NCBI RefSeq assembly: GCF_009914755.1
Contig: NC_060947.1
DNA: 64,000 nt
DNA from: the human T2T-CHM13v2.0 reference genome, Homo sapiens
Direction: 5' to 3' (one strand)
The notes beneath the pieces were generated by a model. It saw only the letters and a list, made by a program, of their open reading frames with translations. It did no database searches and was not told the origin of the DNA. Positions 14,350 through 30,900 of the stretch are shown here, one piece after another (the stretch's first letter is position 1; each line of letters starts with the position of its first letter). Made by a program: the position numbers and the translations under genes.

Positions 14350-16250
14350 GTTATACATTTCTAACATCTATAAATACTACATGTTTCAAATTAGGACTTA
14401 AGTTTGTTCACTATACACACAACAGCACTGACTAAATCATATAGATGTAATAAACCTATAATCTGAAATTGTCCTCTAAATAAGGACAATTTGGCCTAGA
14501 AAGTTTCTTTTTCTCACTCCTTTTCACTTCTGTCCACTGAATGGACAAGTATAAGCATTTGTAATGCTAAGATGTGGTTTTAACAATTGTATTTCCCTAA
14601 GTTATTTTCAGAAGATGTTCTTGAATATGAAATTTAACAAGAATGAAGAAAAGCTTACTAACTCTACTTTTGTCATAACTGGCAGCCTCTTTAAATTCTA
14701 GAAAGACTAGGTGTAAAATCAAAACTGGTTAGTCCATTATAAACACCATAGACTAACAAAGTAAGACGACATATGCAGTACATAGAGGACAAGTGTTTGT
14801 CTAAAATGGTGCAATTATGAACACATTGTCACAAAGCCCTGAGTGCTGTCTTCTCCTCCCTCTTGCCAGACCAAGTGCATAAGCACAAAGAGTATTGCTC
14901 CAAGAGAAGGTTTAGCCATTTCCTTCCTCAAAGATAACATTTCACCTAAATTTCATATGAAAGTCTTATTTTACTACCACTAGTATAAATACATTGAACA
15001 TTTCTGAACATTTAGAAAGTCTGCATATCTGAAATAAGAACTTATTTGTCCACTTATGCAGAGTGCCATTAAGCAAAACTCCACACACAAAATGATGCTT
15101 ATGGTTTGAGGTGTCTCCTAATTGTTCCCATCCTGGTCTTCAACCATGTCCTCCTCACTTCACCCTCTTCACCATCAATTCAGTGGACAAGTATAGACAA
15201 GTGTATTGCTCCGAGGTGGTTGAAGAAATTTAAATTTATTTCCAAAAGTGTTTTACAGAAGACATGCTTTCCTGCGAGTTCCAATACAAAGTGTACAATG
15301 TTTTAGTTTTATTCATACAATTAAATAACTCATAGAATTCTTTATTTGAATGTGAATATGAATTTTATTGGTATTCTTTAATCTTTATTTGAATAAGAAT
15401 AAAGAATTCAAAGAATTCTATGAATTCTTTAACATCTAGATAATAGAGTTTGCAAAATTGGGACTTATTTGTCCATTATGTACTTATAAATATGGTAAAA
15501 CAAAATACTGCTCACAAAGGAAGTTTAGCTATTTCATTTCCAAAAGATATGATTTCATCTGAATTGTAACAAATATAATTAACGAAATGTGTTATTTTAT
15601 TTCACTGTTTTTGACATGCTTTGTGCATCTAAGAACATGTAGGAAGACTAGATATTTCAAAGAAAAGTAATATTATTAACTGTATAACAAAAGGGGAACC
15701 AATGCACAAAGAAATGATAAATGTTTTAAGTGATGGATTTACTAATTACTCAGATTTGATTATGACACATTGTACACATGTATCAAAATATCACACTGTA
15801 CCCCCATAAATATGTACAAGTATGTCAATGAAAAATAATAACAAAATAATTAAAATAACAAAAAGTAAGGGAAATGTTTTGAGGAGGGTGTGGGGGTTGG
15901 GGGAGAAAAAATGCATACACAGAATGAATTTGTTATAACGTGAAATATCCTCTAAATATGAACTCCTTTCTTTCTTTCTTCTCAAGGCCTTTTGCTCCAC
16001 CTCCTCTAACCCATCAAACAAATGTGGTCATGTGTTGCTCCTGATATCCCTTTTAGTGGTTATATTTCCAGAAGTCATTTCCAGAAGATATTTATTTTTA
16101 AGTGTTTTTTAAAACAAAAGGTCACGTACAAGACCTGTGATTTTCTAACTCTACATTTTTACCATATATCAGCAACCTCTTTATTTCTAGAAGCCTAGAT
16201 GTGGCAAAATGAGAATTTAAAGTTGTCTTTTAAAAGGTTGACAAAAATTG
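14350..16250. repeat. Degenerate AT-rich tandem repeat, ~320-bp unit with alternating (~640-bp) pairing
   Basis: Anchor (g)gacttatttgtccattat-like at 14394, 14723, 15038, 15461; tggacaagtata at 14542 and 15184; gca(g/a)cctcttta(a/t)...ttctagaa at ~14682 and ~16172. Confidence 0.7.
15695..15865 (+). mobile_element. L1MA-type 3' end fragment
   Basis: aaagaaatgataaatg...gtatcaaaatatcacactgtacccccataaatatgtac followed by an A-rich tail. Confidence 0.85.
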
Positions 16251-16794
16251 AGAGAAGTCTTTTTATAGTTATATGCGTTAAGCTTTTTATAAATGACCTG
16301 AGCATCTTTCAAAACGTTGTTGGGCACTCCCTGCTGACCAAATGAAGTACGTTGTTCTAGTTTTTTTCTCACCCACTCTCCAGGCCTGGCAGTAGGCCAA
16401 CTGCCCACTTGCTGGCCACTGACCTCCCCCTGGCCTTGTCCATGCTCAGCTCATCTGCTTGGACCCAGCAAGGCCTGTTCTGTCATGGTCACAGCAAAGC
16501 AGGATCTATTTCACTTGGTGCAGGGAGGCTGCACCAGGTGCCTAGATCTGCATGTCTCCATGAAGCCAAGGTGGCTGAGCTCACATCCCTGTAAGCTTCT
16601 TCTCACACCTCTGATGCCCCTATTGTCCTCCACAGTATTCTGACATCTGACAGTTTCTTGGCACCACTGCAGTAACCAAATGGCTGGACAGAGTCAGGAT
16701 TCTGGGTGGCCAGGATCAGTGAGGCCACCACCATGACAATCAGGTCATCAGCACATATAGCTGCCTTCAGGCCTGGCATGGTCTCCAGCGCCTG

Positions 16795-17575
16795 GGCAGA
16801 CTAGTGCAAGCATCTCAGGTTCCAAGCGCAAGGGCAGGTTGGTGGCCCGAAGGTCCCCAAAACCCTAGTGTACTGGCATGCTGGTGGTCAGAAAAGCCCC
16901 TTGGGGCATCAGCATGAAGGAAGGAAGTGGCTGGAAGGGCCCCCTGGGGCTACAGTATGAGGTCCAGACAGAGGCTGGAAAGGACTTTGTTTCCACAGCA
17001 CGTGAGCAGGTAGATGGCCAGAAGGGCCCGGGTTCCCCAGCGGATGGGCATGGTGGTGGCTAGAAACCCCAACAGGTTATACAATGATTGAAAGGGCCAC
17101 TGGGTCCAGAGCTAAGCGGTGGGTCAGTGACTGGAAAAGACCCAGGGTCATCAGTATGTGGCATGCATGATTGCTAATAGGGCCTGAAGTTCTACAGACC
17201 ACAGACAGGCTGCTGACCAGAAAGGACCCTGGGGTACTAGCGCCCAGGAAAAATGTTGGTTGGAAGGGCAACAAGGTCTGAACATATGGCTTCCCTGGTG
17301 GCTGGAAGGGACTCCGAGGCTCCAGCCGGCTGGACAGTTGGTTGCTGATAAGGCTGTAGGTTCCATACCACACAGGCAGGTTGGTGACTAGAAGGAAGGC
17401 CTGGTTGCCAGAACAGGAGAAGGATGGCCGCCAAAGCCCTTGGTTCTCTAACTTGTGGGCAGCTCAGTGGTAGAAAACTGAAACAGCCCAGTTACTTCAG
17501 TGTGGGATGGAAGGTGACTGGAAGGACCCAAGTTTACTCAACACATAGGCAGAGTGGTGACTGGAAAGTCATGTC
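16795..17575 (+). repeat. GC-rich degenerate tandem array, left segment (~42-44-bp monomer)
   Basis: The GAA of the core ggtggccagaaggg recurs at 16849, 16891, 16934, 16978, 17021, 17063 and at 17220, 17263, 17305, 17347, 17390. Confidence 0.85.
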
Positions 17576-17997
17576 CAGGGCAAGAAAAAGCATGTCTGGA
17601 AATTAATACAGAAAGACTTTAACCAGGACTATTGGAATGGGAAAAGGAGGACAGTTGCACTAGGGATATGCTCAAAGCCTAATGTAGAAACATCTCAGGG
17701 AAGGAGTAGGCAAGCAAAGCTTTTATATGCAGATACCATGGGATAGGTGGCTGTGGAAGGAGGAAGTGAGTGCTACAACTGCTAGCCAGAGGGCTTGAAA
17801 TTACACAACTGTATAAAATATTGCAATAAGGAGCATGTTGAGGCAAGAAGTGTTTGTGTTTAAGCACAAGGCAAAGGTTTGGGACTGAGATGAGCAAAGC
17901 AGTTATAGTGCAGGATGTTCCCATAAAAATTAGCATCGAGCTGTCCTAGTCAAGTCAGTCTAGTTAAGTCAAGCACAAAGTTTCACCAATCTTGTCA
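17572..17997 (-). mobile_element. ERV1-type 3' LTR
   Basis: Minus strand begins TGACAAG directly after a purine tract (gaaaaaagagcagg); resembles the LTR at 4205-4630. Confidence 0.65.
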
Positions 17998-18937
17998 GTA
18001 CCTGCTCTTTTTCAAGACAGACTCAGCCAGAGACTGTTCTTGAACAACTCAAGGATAAGGGGAACCAGAAACAGGGAATAGCTAAGTGAAATAATCCTCA
18101 GGGTAAATGTTTTCTTGGTGGGGTTGTCCCTGTAGGACCAGTTGAACCATCTGTTGGGCCAGCTGGCAGAGCTCAGTTGTTTTAGGGTCTTGCAGTTGAG
18201 GCATCTTAAAAGAGTGATACCCAAAATGAAAATGATACGTGCTATTATAAAAGGTTATATGAAAGTAAACAGCCAGGAGTTGAGCACTAAGGGTATCCAG
18301 TTAAGCAAATTCCAAGAGGCTGATGGATGAAAATCTTTTGATTATGCAGCATTGCTCTTTGAGCTTCTGGTACTCTTGGTAATGTTGTTCACAGTATTTG
18401 TAACCTCACTTATAAGGACATGCATTGCATGATCATTCTACCAGACTTTCTTAGTGTCTCAGACACTTGTCCAGTGAGAAATCCTACCCATGCATAGTCT
18501 GCCAGTAATGAATCCTTTAAGGTATATATCAAGTTGTTTGGGCTTTAAGTAACAGTGCTCCTTCAGATCCTGGGGAAAAGGACAGCGATGGGTTTACTTG
18601 AAGTCCCTATAAGGATCTGGGTAGTCATGTTTTAGTTCTTGGTGATGCCAAGGTAAGAAGGAGGGAAAAAAATTGAAAATGTTACTTTGAAGTAATGTAA
18701 CCAGATATTGAAAGAAACTGGAAGAATGGAAAATTTGGTATGGGTTGACAATTTAGAATCTAATCCAATTTATAGATAGGTAACAAAACTGTTTTCTCCC
18801 ACAGTGGGAATAAAAGTCAATTGAATATCTACCAGACAAGATAGAATTTGCATATCCATCAGTTACAAAGAGGGAAGAAGTAGCTCAAAGACAATGAAAA
18901 GGACCAAAATCTGATAATCCATAAAGGTAGGCTGTAG

Positions 18938-20450
18938 TTTTTTTATTGTATATTTTTAAAGTGTGCAACATGATGTTTTGATATAGATGTACATAGTGAA
19001 GTAATTACTATAGTCAAATAAATTAACATCTGTATCTCACATAGTTCCCTTTCTTTTTTGTGTGGTAATAAGTACCTAAACTTTACTCTCTTAGCAAATT
19101 TCCAATATACCATACAATATATTAACTAAAGTCCTCATATTGTACATTAGCTCTCTAGGCTTATTCATCTCACATAAATGCAACTTTGTACCCTTTGACC
19201 TATGTCTCCCCATTTCCCCTACTCCCCCATTCCTGGTAACCATTTTTCTACTCCCTGTTTCTATATATTCAATTTGTTTGTTTTAGATTCCTCATTAATG
19301 AGAGATTGTGCGGTATTTTTCTTTCTCTGTCCTGCTTATTTCACTTAGCATAGTATCCTCTAGGTTCATCCATGTTGTCACAAATGGCAGAATATCCTTT
19401 TCTAGGGCTGAACAACCATATGAATATTATTCAGACTTAAAAAAGGATACTCTGCCATTTGTTCATAATCTTACGGAATTATGTATATATACACACCACT
19501 ACTTTTTTATCCATTATATATCAACAGAAATTTAGGTTATTTGCATATCTTCATTATTGTGAATAATGCTGCAGTGAACAAAGAAGTGCAGATACATTTA
19601 TAAAGTTGTGATTTGATCTCCTTTGAGTATATACTCAGAGGAGTGACTGTTGATTCATATGGCAATTCTCTTTCTAGATTTTTGAGAAACTTACATATTA
19701 CATTCCAAAATGGATATAATAATTTACATTTCCACCAACAGTGTACTAGAGTTGACTTTTATTCCACACTCTTGCCAACACTTGCTGGCTCTTTTTTTTT
19801 TTTATAATAGTCATCTGTATTAGTCAGTTCTAGCATTGCTATAATTTATTTTTTTTAAAGAGGTTTAATTGGCTTACTGTTCTGCAGACTGTACAGGAAA
19901 CGTGATGCTGGTATCTGCTTGGCTTCTGAGGAGGTCTCAGGAAACTTACAAACAGGGTGGAACGCAAAGCAGGAGCAAGCACCTCACATGGCTGGAGCAG
20001 GAGGAAGAGAAAGAGGGTGGAGGTGATACACATTTTTAAACAACCAGATCTCACAAGCACTCACTCACTATCATGAGAGTAGCATCAAGGGGCAAATCCA
20101 CCCCCAGGATCCAATCACCTCTCACCAGGCCTAACCTCCAACATTAGGGATTACAATTGAACATGAGATTTGGGTGAGGTCACAGAGACAAGCAATATCA
20201 CCATCTTAACAGGTTTAAGGTGATATCTCATTATGGTTTGATTTGCATCACTCTGATAATTAGCGATGTTGAGCACCTTCTCCCATACCTGTTGGTCATT
20301 TATGTTTCTTTTGGAGAAATAGCTATTCAGGTCTTTTTCCTATTTTTAAGTTGGGTTATGGGTTTTCTTTCTATTGGTTAGTATGAGTTCCTTTTATATT
20401 TTTAATATTAACCCCTTATCAGATACACAGTTTGCAAATGTTTTCTTTAT
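18938..20450 (-). mobile_element. L1MA-type 3' portion
   Basis: Antisense L1 3'UTR and ORF2 end (cttatttcacttagcatag...catgttgtcacaaatggcag...ccaacagtgtactagag). Confidence 0.9.
19816..20200 (-). mobile_element. MST (MaLR) solo LTR inside the L1
   Basis: tgtattagtcagttctagcattgctata...caatatca; TSD tcatc/ccatc. Confidence 0.9.
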
Positions 20451-20689
20451 TTTGTTGTTTTGTGGCGTGAAAATTCCAGTAATGTCAATCAAAAAAGTTT
20501 TATACAAAATATCTATAACATGATTAGCCTTCTTTTCAAAGAAGAGTGAATATCTCATTCATTAAAATGAATAAGCACAATCATTAAACAGAAAAAAATC
20601 TTCAGATGTGTAAGAATCCTGAGACATAACACACCATAAGTATATCAGGTATTTGGTTAGAATATACCAAGAGTGTATCAAGGATATCA

Positions 20690-20792
20690 AGTAAAGAGAT
20701 TCAGTCAGTCTGGAGTAGGTCCTAAACAACAGTAAATGAAAACTCCACAGGTTAGTGATGTGAATCCCCAGTTGACAACCACTGGTCTAGAA
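20690..20792. mobile_element. MER5A-like fragment
   Basis: gattcagtcagtctggagtaggtcc...agttgacaaccactggtctaga matches the MER5 terminus. Confidence 0.55.
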
Positions 20793-21335
20793 CATACTAG
20801 ATTCAATATTAAGAGGTAAAATTGTGACCAAGTTAATGTTTTTAAAAATAATTAAACTTATCACTAATAACACTATACTGTTGTCTAATATTAGGTGAAA
20901 TAACACCAGGACTCTGATAAATAGAAACATCATGGACAGCAAGGATGTGGAAAATTCTCTAGGAACTTCATATAATTTCTGAAATATTTATGTTAATAAC
21001 ATTTTACCCAATAAAGATTTAACCTGGGAAAGGCTAAATGTCTCTTCTGATTTTACAACCCTTCCTATGCAACTCACAACATTTCAAATAAACCTAATTA
21101 TTTCTAGTATTTCCCTTTGAACAAGGTGAAAGAACAACTCCTTTGTGATTTTCCAGGGACCTTCTGGGATGCAAAGGAAGTTTTAGGTGCTAAAGATAAC
21201 ATTTAAGATCTAGTTTCAGGAAGATAAAATGCCAAAATTTGTCAGGAGGTTTGAACACTATATTAAATAAAATCATGGGTGAGTGGAAAACAATACTTGG
21301 TTACTTATTTAATCCAAATGACAATGAAAAATTTA

Positions 21336-21572
<237 letters not shown>

Positions 21573-22359
21573 TTAAATAATCAGGGACATGATAAAGTCA
21601 ACACAAAGCATCAGAAATTACTCTGATAAGACACAGACTATTTAGCATCAAAGTAGAATACTCAGAAAGCAAAGAAAAACCTTTTACAACCTCTTAAGAG
21701 AAGACCAGTAGTTCAAGAAAATATTGTCATTTTAAGAAAGAAAAGCGAATTCCAGTTTTGTATCAGTACATTTGACACTAAAGTGCTTTCTAAATATTAT
21801 AAATAAATGTATCAACCTTTGTTTTGACCACAGCAAAATTCCCTTTCTATGACTTTTTATAACTTTTTGTATCTATTCAGGTTTTATCCTATGCTTTTTT
21901 CTTTCCCATTCTGGAACAGTTTTTTGACTTAGGACAAAACTATTCTCTTTTTCTTAATACAAATATGTTCTGCCTACCTTGCATATGTACAGTATGTTGA
22001 TTATAACTTTTACCATTGGTAATTCTGTTTTACAAATAAACTTGGAGGTGGATAACTGTGAACTGTCTGACATACATTGGCATTTTATAGCAAACTAGCA
22101 AAACTTCAAGATATACATGTAACAACTTTTTGTTGTTGTTGTTACACAAAAGATATAGTACTACATCCTTAAAGTACAATTTCTTAGTTTGGCAAAAATG
22201 AAAACATACATTAACAAATCCATATATATGTGCTTACAATTATTTATAATACTAGTTCAGTATTTTGTCTCATTTTTAATGATCTAGGTATGTAATAAAT
22301 ATTTATTAAATAATTTAGATAAGTCTAGGGTTTTCAGTTACCTAAACAGCTTGAAACTA

Positions 22360-22680
22360 TCTTTTTTTTTATTTGTATAAATTTGAAGGTACAAATTTTG
22401 TTACATGGATGCATTGCATAGTGTAGTGGAGATGTCTGGGCTTTTAGTATGACCATCACCCTAATAATGTACACTGTACCCATTAAGTAATTTCTCATCC
22501 CACTTTCCTCTCCCTCCTCATCTTACAACAGTCAGAATGGCTACTATTAAAAAGCCACAAAATAATAGATGTCGGTGATAATTCAGAGAAAAGGAAACAC
22601 TTATACATTGTTGGTGGTAATGTGAATTAGTACAACCTCTCTGGAAAACAGTATAGCGATTTTGCAAAGAATGAAAAATT
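22360..22680. mobile_element. L1 insertion with inverted 5' piece (3' end on -, ORF2-end piece on +)
   Basis: Poly(T) plus antisense 3'UTR at 22360-~22518 is joined directly to a sense ORF2 C-terminal segment (cagtcagaatggctactattaaaaag...). Confidence 0.75.
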
Positions 22681-24656
22681 TTTGAACACCTGAATAGAGA
22701 TAGAATCCATATATTGTACAATTCAGCCCCCTAAGGGTATAATTCAACAGTTTTTATTAATATATTACTAATTAAAAAAATCATAAAATTTCCCTTTTAG
22801 CCATTTTTCAGTGTACAATTCACTATCATTAAGTGCATTCACAATGTTGTACAGCCATCATCATCCATTTGCAGAACTTTTTCATCATCCCAAATAAAAA
22901 CTCTGTATCTAGTAAACAATAACTCTTCTTTCTATCCTCCCCATCCCCTGGGAACCTCAATTACACTTTCTTGGTCTATGAATTTGCCTATTGGAGGCAC
23001 CTCATATAAATGGAATCACACAATATGTGTCCTTTTTTTTTTTTTTGGTCTTGCTTATTTCACTTAACACAATATTTTCTAGGTTCCTCCACGTTGCAGC
23101 ATGTATCAGAAATTCATTCCTATTAATGGCTGAATAACATGTATGCATATACCATATTTTAACTGTTCATCTAGATGGACACTTAGATTTTTTCCTCATT
23201 TTTTTCTTTTGTGAATCATACGGCAAAGAACATCTAACAAGTATTGAACAGAACAAGTATCTGAGTATCTGCTATAATTTCTTGGGTTATACACCTAGGA
23301 ATGGAATTGCTGGCTCATTAGTAATTCTATGTGCAGCTTTTTGAGGAATTGCCAAACCATTTTCCCTAGCAGTTGCATCATTTTACCTTCTCACCAGCAA
23401 TATATGAGGGTTCCAACGTTTCCACATTCTTGCCAACACTCATTAGTTTCCATTTGTAATTTTTAAATATAGCTGTCTTAGAAGGTGTGAGATGGTATAC
23501 CATTGTGGTTTTGATTTTCATTTCCCTAATGACTAATGTTGCACATATTTTCATGAGCCTATTAGCCATTTGTTTTTTTTTGAATAAATGTCTATGCAAA
23601 TTTTTTACTGTGTTGTTTGTTTGTTTTAGAGTTGTAGATGTTCTTTATATATTGTGGATATTAAACCTTATCAGATCTATAGTTTCCAAATATGTTCTCC
23701 CATTATGTAGGTTGTTTTTCACACTCTTGATAGTGTACTTTGGTGCACCAAAGTTTTTAATTTGATGGAGTTCATTATCTGTTTTTCTCTTTTGTTACTC
23801 ATGGTTTTGGTGTCATATCTAAGGATCCATTGCCAAATCCAAGGTCATAAAATTTATTTCTATATTCTCTTTTAAGAGCTTTATGGTATTAGCACTTATA
23901 TTCAAGTTGTTGCTTTATTTTGAGTTAACATTTGTATATGGTGTGATGTAGAGGGGTCCAGCTTCATTCTTTAGAATGTGGAAATCCAGTTGTCCTAGCA
24001 TCATCTGTTGAAAAGACGATTCTTCCCTTGTTGAATGAGTGTGTCACTCCTGTCAAAAGCAACTGGTATAGATGCATAGGTCAGTTTTTGAAATATGAAT
24101 TCTGCCACATTGTCCTATATGTCTACCCTTATGGCAGTACCACCCTGTTTTGATCATTGTAGATTTGCAGTAAGTTTTGAAATTAGAAACAATGAGTCCT
24201 CCAACACTGTTTTTCAAAAATTTTTTGACTATGTGTATCTCTTGAAATTTTATATGAAGTCGAGGATTGGCATTTTGACTTCTGCAGAACCAAAGCTGTT
24301 TTTATAGGGATCTTTTATAGAGACTGTATGGAATCTGTAGATCGCTCTGAGTAGTACTGACATCTCAACAATATTCAGTCTCTCTATTCATGAATCCGGA
24401 TGTCTTTCCATTTATTTAGGACATTTTTTGAGCAATGTTCTGTATTTTTCAGTGTACAGTTTTTACACCCCATTGATTAAATTTATTCCCATGTGTTTTA
24501 TTATTTTAGATACTATTATAAATGAATTGATTTTAGTTTCCTTTTCAGATTTTTCATTGCTGGTGTGTGAAAATGCAAGTGAATCTTATGTTTTGATCTT
24601 GTACCCTGCAACTTTGCTGAATTTATTTATTAGGTGTAATAGTTTTCTTGTGGATT

Positions 24657-25033
24657 TGTGTTAGTCCGTTTTCAGACTGCTGTAAACACATACCTGAGAC
24701 CGGGTAATTTATAAAGAAAAGAGTTTTAATTGACTCACAGTTCCGCATTGCTGGGGAGACCTCAGGAAACTAACAATCATGGCAGAAGGCAAAGGGGAAG
24801 CAAAGACTTTCTTCACATGCTGGCAGGAAAGAGAGATTGAGTGTGTGAGCACAGGAAAAACTACCATTTATAAAACCATCAGATCTCATGAGAATTCACT
24901 CACTATCATGAGAACAGCATTGGGGGTAACCGCCTCCATAATCCAATCACTTCCCACCAGGTATCTTCCTCAACACCCGGGGATTACAATTCAAGATGAG
25001 ATTTGGGTGGGAACACAAAGCCTAACCATATCA
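24657..25033 (-). mobile_element. THE1D/MSTA solo LTR
   Basis: tgtgttagtccgttttc...aaccatatca with perfect TSD ggatt. Confidence 0.92.
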
Positions 25034-25508
25034 GGATTCTTTAGGATTGTCTACATAAAGGATTATGTCATAAGCGAATACAGATAGTTTTGATTCTTCC
25101 TTTTCAATTTGGATGCCTTTTATTTCTGTTTCTTGTCTAAATTCTTTGGCTAGAAATTCCAGTAAAATGTTAAATAGCAATGGTGAAAGCAGATATCCTT
25201 GTCTTGTTTTTGAGCTTAGGGGAAAGCTTTCAGTCTTTAACCATTGAGTATGAAGCTAGCTGGTTTTTTTTTTTAAATAAACATACTTTATTATGTTGAA
25301 GAAATTCTCTTCTCTTCCTAGTTTTTTGCGAATTCTTATCATGAAGAATTGGTGAATTCTTTTCATGTCGATGGAGATGATTATGCATTTTCCCCTTTGT
25401 TCTATTAATCAGATGTATTAGATTAATTGATGTTCTTATGTTGAACCACTCTTGCATTTCTGGGTTAAATTCCACTTGGTCATGGTTTATAATCCTTTAA
25501 ATGTGCTG

Positions 25509-26845
25509 TAAGAGACAACCTAGAATGGGAATGATATGGTTTGGCTGTGTCCCCACCCAAATCTTACCTTGCATTGTAATAATCTCCACGTGTCAAGGGT
25601 GGGGCCAGGTGGAGATAATTGAATCATGGGGGCAGTTTCCCCCATACTGTTCTTGTAGTAGTGAGTAAGTCTCATGAGATCTGATGGTTTTGTAAGTGGG
25701 AGTTGCCCTGCACTAGCCGTCTTGCCTGCCACCATGTAAGACGTGACTTTGTTCCTCATTTGCCTTCTGCCATGATTGTGAGGCCTCCCCAGCCACGTGG
25801 AACTGTGAGTCAATTAAACCTCTTCCCTTTATAAATTACCCAATCTCAGGTATGTCTGTATTACCAGCATGACAACAGACTAATAGAGGGAGAACAATTT
25901 TGAAAACTGTGCATCTGATAAAAGTCTAATATCCAGCATCTATAATATAAGGTATGTAAACAAATTTACAAGAAAAAACTAAACAACCCAATTAAATATT
26001 GGGCAAAGGACATGAACAGACACTTCTCAAAAAAAGACATTTATGTGGCCAACAAGCACATGAAAAAAAGCTTAACATCATTGATCATTAGAGAAATGCA
26101 AATCATAACCATAATGAGATACCATGTCATACCAGTCAGAATTGCTCTTATGAAAAAGTCAAAAAATAACAAATGCTGACGAGGTTATGGAGGAAATGGA
26201 ATGCTTATACACTGTTGGTAGGACTGTAGATTAGTTCAAACATTTTGGAAGATAGTGTGGTGATTTCTCAAAAACCTAAAGACAGAAATATTATTTGACC
26301 CAGTACTCCCATTACTGAGTATATACCCAAATAAATATGAATTATTCTAGTATAAAGACATATGCACACGTATTTTCATTGCACCACTGTTCACAGTAAC
26401 AAATACATGGAATCAACAAAAATGTCCATCAATGATAGACTGGATAAATAAAATGTGGTACATATATGCCATGGAAACCTATGCAGCCATAAAAAAGAAT
26501 GAGATTATGTCCTTTGCAGGGTCATGGATGGAGCTAGAGGCCATTATCCTTAGCAAACTAACGCAGGAACAGAAAACTAAATATTGCATTATCTCACTTG
26601 TAAGTCGGAGCTAAATGATGAGAACACATGGACACATAGGGGGAACAACACCCACTGGGGCCCATTGGAGGGTGGAGGGTGGGAGGAGAATCAGGAAAAA
26701 TAACTGATGGATACTAGGCTTAATACTTGGGTGATGAAATAATCGGTACAACAAACCCCCATGACGTTTACCTATGTAAGAAACCTACACATCCTGCACA
26801 TGTAACTTTTATTTGAAAAGTTAAAAAAGTAAAAAAAATAAAAAG
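25509..26845 (+). mobile_element. 5'-truncated L1PA (older primate) inserted into the L1M
   Basis: Sense ORF2 end (WINKMWYIYAMETYAAIKKNEIMSFAGSWMELEAIILSKL), 3'UTR and A tail. Confidence 0.92.
25532..25887 (+). mobile_element. THE1 solo LTR inside the L1PA
   Basis: tgatatggtttggctgtgtccccacccaaatc...cagactaata; TSD gggaa/gggag. Confidence 0.93.
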
Positions 26846-27003
26846 TGTGATGTCGAATTTGACTTGCTAGCATTTTGTTGAGACTTTTGCAGCTATATTC
26901 ATAAGGGATGCTGGTCTGTAGTTTTCTTTTTTTGGTGATAACATTATCTCGTTTTGGTATCAAGGTAATGTCAGCCTCCTAGAGTGAATTAGAAAGTGCT
27001 CTC

Positions 27004-28880
<1,877 letters not shown>

Positions 28881-29447
28881 TTTTGGAAGCTTTTGAGAAA
28901 GATTGGTGTTAATTCTTCTTTAAATCTTTGGCTGAATTCACCAGTGAAGCCATCTGGTCCTGGATTTTCCTTTGTTGGTAGATTTTCAATTACTGATTAG
29001 ATCTCTTTACTTGGTATAGATCGGTCAAGATGTCTGTTTCTTCTTCAGTCAATTTAGGTAACTTGTGGATTTCTAAGAGTTTGTCCACTTCATCTAGGTT
29101 ATCTAATTTATTGGGATGCAATTGTTCATAATAGTACTCTCTTATAATCCCTTTTTTCTCAGTGGTCATTAGTAATGCTCCCACTTTCCTTTCTGATTTT
29201 AGTTATTTCCATCTTCTCTCTTTTTTCTTTGTCAGTCTGGTTAAAGGATTGTCAATTTTGTAGATCTTTTCAAAGAATCGACTATTATTTTCATTTATTC
29301 TTTATATTGTTTTTCTATCATGTTTAATTTATTTCTGCTCTAATCTTTATTATTTCCTTCATTGTCCTAGCTTTGGTTTTAGTTTTCTTTTTCTAGTTTC
29401 TCAAGGTGTAAAGTCAGGTTATTGATTTGATATTTTTCTTCTTTTTT

Positions 29448-30900
<1,453 letters not shown>

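Noticed and set aside
16795-17575. CRISPR-like regular spacing
   Set aside because: Eukaryotic DNA; the units are degenerate over their whole length rather than identical repeats with unique spacers.
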